Shown here one piece after another: positions 58,111 through 64,000 of a DNA stretch of 64,000 nucleotides. The notes beneath the pieces were generated by a model. That model did not search any database. It was not told where the DNA came from and saw nothing but the letters and a program-made list of their open reading frames with translations. The stretch comes from an uncultured Pelagibacteraceae bacterium (lineage in GTDB: Bacteria > Pseudomonadota > Alphaproteobacteria > Pelagibacterales > Pelagibacteraceae). The stretch is from NCBI GenBank assembly GCA_902516465.1, contig CABXZD010000003.1, forward strand, positions 1,097 to 65,096, written 5' to 3'. Each line of letters opens with the position of its first letter. The stretch's first letter is position 1. The translations under genes and the position numbers were made by a program.

Positions 58111-59970
58111 TTAAGAAGCTTTTTTCTTCTCGTTCTCATCAACAATATGATAGACAGGGACTTTTTCCATTAAAAATTTACCAGTCTTAGGATCTCTTCT
58201 TGAAACCGTTAAACAATGCCAATTTTCATCATCTAATTTCATGTGATCACCTCTATAATAATACCCCGGCCAACGAGTTTCTTCTCTAAATAAAGTGTGT
58301 TCAGTAACACATTGAGAGGTCAAAGCCCTATGTTTTAATTCCCAGGCTCTCATTAATTGATGGTAATCCTCAGCTCCAACTTTTTCTAAGTCTTCTTCTA
58401 ACCAAGCTAATAATTCTAAGCCTCTTTTGAGCATGTTATCATTAGTCATGTAGTTGGTCGCAATACCACCAACATATTCATCCATTATTCTTTGAAGTCT
58501 TTGAAGACCTTGAATTGGTGATATATAACTTGGAGAAACAGTTCCACCCGTAATTTCATTTTGAGCAACGGTATAGGTCTCTAATGGCTTATAAACCTTA
58601 GTTTTAAAATCCTCGCATTGTTTATCAGATACATTTATGCCTTCAGCTTTTTTATCCTCGATATATTTAACAGCTGCTTTAGCTGCTAGTCTACCTTCAG
58701 TAAACGAACCTGATGAAAATTTATGTGCACTTCCTCCAACCGTATCACCGGCACCAAACAATCCATCAATAGTTAACATTCTGTTGTATCCCCAAAAATA
58801 TTCAGGTGGAGATAGATCTTCTGGTCCACTAACCCACGCTCCAGAACAGGTAGCATGAGAACCCATAACATAAGGTTCTGATGTAGTTAATTCTGGATTT
58901 GTGTATTTTGGATCAATATTTTGAGATGCCCAAACGACAGCTTGACCAACTGTCATTCCTAAAAAGTTTTCCCAACCTACTGTTTCTAGGTGTGGATCTT
59001 GAAAAGCCTCAGTTGTAACCATTTGAATTGGTCCACCACCGGCCATTGTCTCTTGAATGAAAGCATGATTTCTTAAACAAGTTGGAGTAGGATGATGATC
59101 GATATATTCACCAACTAATTCTTTAGTTTGATCATACCACTTTTTTTCATAATTCTCACCATTTGCATTTTGTGTATAAGTTTTCAAATGTAAAAAATAT
59201 GCTCCTACAGGACCATAACCATCTTTAAATCTACATAAAACAATTCTGTTTTCCATTTGAGTCATTTTTGCTCCAGCTGCAATAGGTAAAGCATAAGCTG
59301 AACCGTTACTCCAAGGAGCATACCAAGTTCTACCCATTCCCTCGCCAACAGCTCTAGGTTTAAAAATATGTGAAGCACCACCAGCAGCAACAATCACAGC
59401 TTTAGCTCTAAACACATGAAAATCTCCTGTTCTCATATTGAAACCAACTGCTCCGCCTATTCTATTTTCTTGGGCTTCATCCATTAATAAATGTGTAACC
59501 ATTATTCTATTATAAATTTTATCTGCAGATTTTTTAGCTGCTTCAGCAACAATTGGCTTATAACTCTCTCCATGTATCATTATTTGCCATTTACCCTCTC
59601 TTAAATATCTTCCAGTTTTTTCATTTTTCATCATTGGCAAACCCCACTCATCAAACATATGTACAGTTGAATCTACGTGTCTAGCCATATCATACCCTAG
59701 ATCTTCTCTCACCATTCCCATTAAATCATTTCGAGCGTATCTTACGTGGTCTTCAGGTTGATTTTCATTCCACTGCATTCCCATATAGCAGTTGATTGCA
59801 TAAAGCCCTTGAGCAACTGCACCACTTCTATCTATATTAGCTTTTTCAACACAAACAATTTTTAGATCTCTACCCCAATGTCGAGCTTCAAAGGTTGCAC
59901 CGGTTCCAGCCATCCCTCCACCAACGACTAGTACATCACAATCTTCGAAATGGGTTTTGTGTTTAGCCAT
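58111..59970 (-). CDS. aprA: Adenylylsulfate reductase alpha subunit
   Basis: GGGMAG, RSGAVAQGL, WQIMIHGESYK, HKFSSGS, REETRWPGYY. Confidence 0.97.
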   Translation of the reverse strand: MAKHKTHFEDCDVLVVGGGMAGTGATFEARHWGRDLKIVCVEKANIDRSGAVAQGLYAINCYMGMQWNENQPEDHVRYARNDLMGMVREDLGYDMARHVDSTVHMFDEWGLPMMKNEKTGRYLREGKWQIMIHGESYKPIVAEAAKKSADKIYNRIMVTHLLMDEAQENRIGGAVGFNMRTGDFHVFRAKAVIVAAGGASHIFKPRAVGEGMGRTWYAPWSNGSAYALPIAAGAKMTQMENRIVLCRFKDGYGPVGAYFLHLKTYTQNANGENYEKKWYDQTKELVGEYIDHHPTPTCLRNHAFIQETMAGGGPIQMVTTEAFQDPHLETVGWENFLGMTVGQAVVWASQNIDPKYTNPELTTSEPYVMGSHATCSGAWVSGPEDLSPPEYFWGYNRMLTIDGLFGAGDTVGGSAHKFSSGSFTEGRLAAKAAVKYIEDKKAEGINVSDKQCEDFKTKVYKPLETYTVAQNEITGGTVSPSYISPIQGLQRLQRIMDEYVGGIATNYMTNDNMLKRGLELLAWLEEDLEKVGAEDYHQLMRAWELKHRALTSQCVTEHTLFREETRWPGYYYRGDHMKLDDENWHCLTVSRRDPKTGKFLMEKVPVYHIVDENEKKKAS

Positions 59971-60440
59971 TAATAATAAACTCCTTTTTTAAAAGATTCC
60001 TTTGGTACAGATGGTAATTCTCCATTTGTGTTTAAACCCTCAGGCTCAGTATAAAGTCTCTGAGAATTGATTTCTCCTTGATTTGGTTTATCACCCTCAG
60101 CCAATTTAGGAATAAATTTTCCCCAAGGCTTTGTTGTAATTGGCGAAACGAAATTTTTTTCTGTACCGTTTCTAAATTTTATTTTCCATGAGATTGTTCC
60201 TTTTTCTTCCTCTCTTCTTACCCTAACACTATGCCCCATTGGAGCAAAATCGGCGTAACCCCTAACATCTATTGCATGATTTGGACAAGCTTTTACACAT
60301 GAATAGCATTCCCAACAAAAATTTGGCTCTATATTTTTTGCACGTCTAATATTTTCATCGATATGCATAATGTCCGATGGACAAATATCTACACAATGAC
60401 CACAACCATCACATCTTGTCATGTAAACAAAAGTTGACAT
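59970..60440 (-). CDS. aprB: Adenylylsulfate reductase beta subunit
   Basis: CDGCGHCVDICP and CWECYSCVKACP [4Fe-4S] motifs; VRGYADF. Confidence 0.97.
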   Translation of the reverse strand: MSTFVYMTRCDGCGHCVDICPSDIMHIDENIRRAKNIEPNFCWECYSCVKACPNHAIDVRGYADFAPMGHSVRVRREEEKGTISWKIKFRNGTEKNFVSPITTKPWGKFIPKLAEGDKPNQGEINSQRLYTEPEGLNTNGELPSVPKESFKKGVYY

Positions 60441-60474
60441 AATTTATTTTTCTCCTCTTATTATTATTATCATA

Positions 60475-61269
60475 TTAATAGTGCTTTGGCTCTTCTCTTT
60501 TTATACCGAGGCCAAATTGCTCAGGCGCATCTGCTGGGGGTGGAAGATTATCTCTTGAACCATCAGCTTCAGCTAGATTTTTTTGTATTGCTGCTCCAGG
60601 TTTATAAAACATGTGAGCAAATTTTGACCAATATACACCGCCAAATAAAACTAAATTTGCTGCAACAAATAAAGTAAAAAATAAATATGACAAACCTATT
60701 TGTCCATTAAATTGTGTAAACGACCAAGCTAAACCAAAAGTTGCACATGCTAAAAGAGCCAAGACAAATAAATCGGCTTTAATAATTCTATACCAAGGAT
60801 GTGCTTCTGCTGAGACATCAACTCTTAAAAAAAACCAGAACCAATATCCACCTAAACAAGTTAGAATAGCACCCAAATGCCATAACATCGACCAAATGTC
60901 AGAATTAGTTTTATCTGCTCCGGTATAAGAAAAAACTAATACAGCTGATGAAACCCAAAATAAAATTGTTCCATACATTCCAAGAACATGTGCTAATCTT
61001 CTTTTACCAAAACCAAGTTCTGATGTTGTGCCAATATCAACAACTGTTGTTTTGGCAATAATTGAAGTTTTTTCTCCTAAACCTAATTCTTTAGTAGCAG
61101 ATAATTTTGCTTTTTTTGCATTGCTAAAAAAATAAGTTAAATTTTTATGATTTATCATCTGAATAATGGTTCCGATCGCTATTAACAGTATCATAGCGAC
61201 TATAAAACCCTGCATCGCTATAGGGGAAATTGTTTCTGCCAAAAAAGAAAATGGGTTCGTGTTAAACAT
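60475..61269 (-). CDS. aprM: APS reductase membrane anchor AprM
   Basis: Multi-TM protein directly upstream of aprB; RRLAHVLGMYG, GGYWFWFFLRVDV, WSKFAHMFYKP. Confidence 0.92.
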   Translation of the reverse strand: MFNTNPFSFLAETISPIAMQGFIVAMILLIAIGTIIQMINHKNLTYFFSNAKKAKLSATKELGLGEKTSIIAKTTVVDIGTTSELGFGKRRLAHVLGMYGTILFWVSSAVLVFSYTGADKTNSDIWSMLWHLGAILTCLGGYWFWFFLRVDVSAEAHPWYRIIKADLFVLALLACATFGLAWSFTQFNGQIGLSYLFFTLFVAANLVLFGGVYWSKFAHMFYKPGAAIQKNLAEADGSRDNLPPPADAPEQFGLGIKREEPKHY

Positions 61270-61372
61270 ATCCGCCTTATGTTAGATTATTTTTTTCTAA
61301 TTTTAAAGTATCTAATCTATTTGAAAAAATAGTTCAATTACTAACTCATCGCAATAAAACTATGATAATAGG

Positions 61373-61771
61373 CTATTTTTTTCTTTTATAGTGTTGCTTA
61401 TTAGGAATAACTGATCTGATTCCACCTTGAGGATTCTCTACATCTCCGAACCTTCGAGGAATCAAATGAAAATGACAGTGTAAAATTGATTGACCTGAGA
61501 CCTTACCTATATTTGTTCCAAGATTAAAACCATCTATATTTGGATCTTTTTTAGTCACTTCTTTTTTTACCTTCTTGATAAGATCATTGCAGGCCACTAA
61601 TTCTTCATCTGTCAATTCAAAAAAATCTTTTATATGTCTTTTGGGTATTATTAAGCAATGATATTTAGAAACAGGATAAGTATCATAACTCGCATAACTT
61701 AATTCGTTCTCAAGAGCAAACCCACTTTCTTTAGTATTACAAAATAAACATGGATTGTTTGGATCTTTCAT
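61373..61771 (-). CDS. HIT-family nucleotide hydrolase
   Basis: CLFC, YPVSKYHCLIIPKRH, GFNLGTN, HCHFHLIPR (HxHxH triad). Confidence 0.92.
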   Translation of the reverse strand: MKDPNNPCLFCNTKESGFALENELSYASYDTYPVSKYHCLIIPKRHIKDFFELTDEELVACNDLIKKVKKEVTKKDPNIDGFNLGTNIGKVSGQSILHCHFHLIPRRFGDVENPQGGIRSVIPNKQHYKRKK

Positions 61772-62547
61772 TAATTAAACCTATACAAATCGCAATTTTT
61801 TATCGCTGAGTGGTAGTAGTTGGAAAATATCTTATAGTGTTTCAATTTTCTTCTTGTCCAACCAATTTGTTTAATTGTCTTAACTGAAGTCACTCCTTTC
61901 CCTGAACCAATCAACAATATTTCATCAAATTTCTTCAATTCATTAACTTTAATTTCTTTTTTTAAAATTTTCTTTATTTTAGATTTAAAAAATTTATATG
62001 TAACCCCCTTATAATAACCTTTTTGTGGTGTAAAAATTATATCATCTTTTATAAATAAGAGATTAGAAGTGCCTGTTTCAAAAAGTTTTTTATTATGAAC
62101 AAGACCAATATCGGATTTAGTATTATCCATTTTAGATAAATAAGATAATATTTTTTTATATTTTAAATTTTTAAATTGTGGTCTTTCTCTTTTAAGATTC
62201 ACTAGTTTTAAATTAAAATTTAATTTTGGAACTAAACGATTTCTTAAAGAAATTGATATAATAGTTTTGTTTAAAGCAATTCGTAGTAGGTGATTGTAAT
62301 TTTTTTTTTCAGATAAATTTTTATTTATTATTTCTATAATGTCGCTCTTAATAGATACCTTGTTTATTTTATATTCTTTTAGAGATTTTAGAAGATTTGA
62401 TAGATGGTTTTTAAAAAATAAAATTTTAGGTGGTTTGCCGAAAATCCACATTGTTGTAAAAATTCCGTGGTCTCCCCATAAATCTTTAAAATCTATTTCT
62501 TCTAGATCTTTAAGACGATAAGACTTTTTTAATAAGAAAGTTGCCAT
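61771..62547 (-). CDS. Aminotransferase class IV, 4-amino-4-deoxychorismate lyase-like (PabC)
   Basis: GIFTTM, HLSNL, KNLKY, ETGTSNL, KGVT, GSGKGV; coupled to pabA/pabB-like genes. Confidence 0.72.
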   Translation of the reverse strand: MATFLLKKSYRLKDLEEIDFKDLWGDHGIFTTMWIFGKPPKILFFKNHLSNLLKSLKEYKINKVSIKSDIIEIINKNLSEKKNYNHLLRIALNKTIISISLRNRLVPKLNFNLKLVNLKRERPQFKNLKYKKILSYLSKMDNTKSDIGLVHNKKLFETGTSNLLFIKDDIIFTPQKGYYKGVTYKFFKSKIKKILKKEIKVNELKKFDEILLIGSGKGVTSVKTIKQIGWTRRKLKHYKIFSNYYHSAIKNCDLYRFN

Positions 62548-63067
62548 GTTCAGTTAGAAATGATTCAGGGTGAAATTGAAATCCATAAATTTTATCCTTA
62601 TTATTTTCAAAAGCCATTGCTACTTTTGATTCTACACATCTCATAGTTATCTCAAAATCTTTAATTTTAAAAGGTTCTTGTAATTTTAAAGAATGATAGC
62701 GACCAACCTTGAATATTTGATTTTTTTTAAATATCGAATTTTTTGTATCAACTTTAATATTAGATTGATATCCGTGATAAATTTTAGTTTGCTCTATAAT
62801 TTTTGCACCTTCACAGAATAATATTTGTTGAAATCCTAAACAAATTCCAATTATTTTTTTTTTTCCTTTAAATTGGTTGTAAATCTTTGATGTTGAGGGA
62901 TAGTTTTTTGGATTACCAGGACCTGGAGAGAAAACAATCACTTTTGCTTTATTAAGTTTTATTTTATCAACGTTATCGTAGTTATCACATTTTACCTTAT
63001 CAAATAACGAAAATTGATGTACAACATTGTGTGTAAATGAGTCGTTATGGTCTATTACATAAATCAT
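62510..63067 (-). CDS. pabA: Glutamine amidotransferase component II (PabA/TrpG)
   Basis: IDHNDSFT, SPGPG, GICLGFQ, RYHSL, QFHPES. Confidence 0.85.
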   Translation of the reverse strand: MIYVIDHNDSFTHNVVHQFSLFDKVKCDNYDNVDKIKLNKAKVIVFSPGPGNPKNYPSTSKIYNQFKGKKKIIGICLGFQQILFCEGAKIIEQTKIYHGYQSNIKVDTKNSIFKKNQIFKVGRYHSLKLQEPFKIKDFEITMRCVESKVAMAFENNKDKIYGFQFHPESFLTEHGNFLIKKVLSS

Positions 63068-64000
63068 TTAAAAAGATCAATTAATGCTTTTGCTTTAATA
63101 AAATTCTCTCCAAATTCGTGTTTTGCATTACTGTCAACAACAACACCTGAAGCTACAGAAATTTCAGAAATATTTTTATAGTTTAAAATTGATCTAATAA
63201 TAATATTAAATTTCATATCTCCATTAAATTTTAGATACCCAAAACTCCCTGTATAGATATTTCTATTCTCTTTTTCTTGATTATTAAGAAGATTAAGAGT
63301 GCTAATCTTAGGACAACCTATTACCGACCCACCTGGCATCATAGCTTTAATTATATCTATATTTTTTATATTATTTTTAAGTGTGCCTTTGATTAAACTT
63401 ACATAATGAAAAAGATCTTTATATTCCTCAACAGCTTTTGCTTTAGATAATTTAACAGTTCCAACTTTACATATACGTGACAGGTCACTTCTTTCCATAT
63501 CTACAATCATATTATGTTCTTTAGTTTCTTTGAGATTATTTCTAAAATAATTTAAAGCTTTAATTTTGTTCATATTTTTATTCTTTTTTACTGTGCCAGC
63601 TATTGGTTTAGTAGTAATTGATGAGCCTTTTTTTATAATTAAGTTCTCGGGTGAGCAACTTATAATAGAATAATCTTTATCTCTGATCATAAAAGCTTCT
63701 GGAGCTAAATTTGTTTTAGATAATCTACAAAAAAAATCTAGCGGATCAATTTCAGATTTCAATTTATACTTAGTACAAATCTTAATTTGATAGGTTTCTC
63801 CACTTTTTATCCTTTTCTTAAATTTATCAAAAATTTTTGTATAAGATTTGTTATTTATGTTAATCTTAAATTTCTTTTTAAATCTAACTTTATCAGTATA
63901 ATAATTAACTAAAGTATTAGAATAACTTATTTTTTTTTCTGGTTTATAAAATATTCCTTTTGGAAAATTAATGCTTTTTTGTTTTGGAATTTTTATCCCG
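63064..64000 (-). CDS. pabB: Chorismate-binding enzyme, aminodeoxychorismate synthase component I (5' end off window)
   Basis: SPENL, KPIAGT, EHNMIVDMERSDL, PGGSVIGCPK, YTGSFG. The frame stays open past the track's start (…IKSGETYQIKIC…) to the window edge. Confidence 0.82.
   Translation of the reverse strand, partial: GIKIPKQKSINFPKGIFYKPEKKISYSNTLVNYYTDKVRFKKKFKININNKSYTKIFDKFKKRIKSGETYQIKICTKYKLKSEIDPLDFFCRLSKTNLAPEAFMIRDKDYSIISCSPENLIIKKGSSITTKPIAGTVKKNKNMNKIKALNYFRNNLKETKEHNMIVDMERSDLSRICKVGTVKLSKAKAVEEYKDLFHYVSLIKGTLKNNIKNIDIIKAMMPGGSVIGCPKISTLNLLNNQEKENRNIYTGSFGYLKFNGDMKFNIIIRSILNYKNISEISVASGVVVDSNAKHEFGENFIKAKALIDLFK

Noticed and set aside
2278-62521. Many short ORFs antisense to or nested in real genes (e.g. 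2278..2481, 4805..5047, 8248..8610, 9986..10240, 26988..27314, 31412..31747, 35759..36049, 38246..38527, 42313..42675, 58637..58858)
   Set aside because: Shadow frames of well-supported genes; F/S/L/I-biased composition and no motifs
63064-63762. Apparently truncated 232-aa PabB in the ORF track
   Set aside because: The frame is open to the window end; an edge effect, not a pseudogene

Overview
This is a very AT-rich, densely packed alphaproteobacterial window. It is most consistent with Candidatus Pelagibacter (SAR11), inferred from composition, tiny intergenic spacers, the tRNA-Leu-tig-clpP-clpX order and aprMBA. Left to right: (1) housekeeping block and several unannotated small ORFs (1-9.2 kb); (2) an organosulfonate catabolic neighbourhood with TRAP transporter, GMC dehydrogenase, TerC-family protein, SDR, xsc, suyAB and YeiH/TauE exporters (9.2-26 kb), which contains a four-gene sulfation cassette (periplasmic ASST-like enzyme, YIGPG micro-membrane protein, small membrane protein, PAPS-type sulfotransferase); (3) a ~31 kb Wzx/Wzy-Wza/Wzc surface-polysaccharide island (26-57.5 kb) with a frameshifted wzc, a PPP-family phosphatase, three coiled-coil proteins (two clearly paralogous), and a ~1,720-aa FecR/helical-repeat/8x Ig-like protein translationally coupled to an O-antigen-ligase-family gene; (4) aprMBA with a HIT gene directly upstream, then pabC/pabA/pabB-like genes. 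No CRISPR, integrase, transposase or rRNA was seen. The best candidates for undescribed systems are the sulfation relay cassette, the giant-protein/ligase pair, the coiled-coil/phosphatase/Wzc unit, and HIT as a possible Sat substitute. All family assignments come from reading motifs by eye; no database searches were run.
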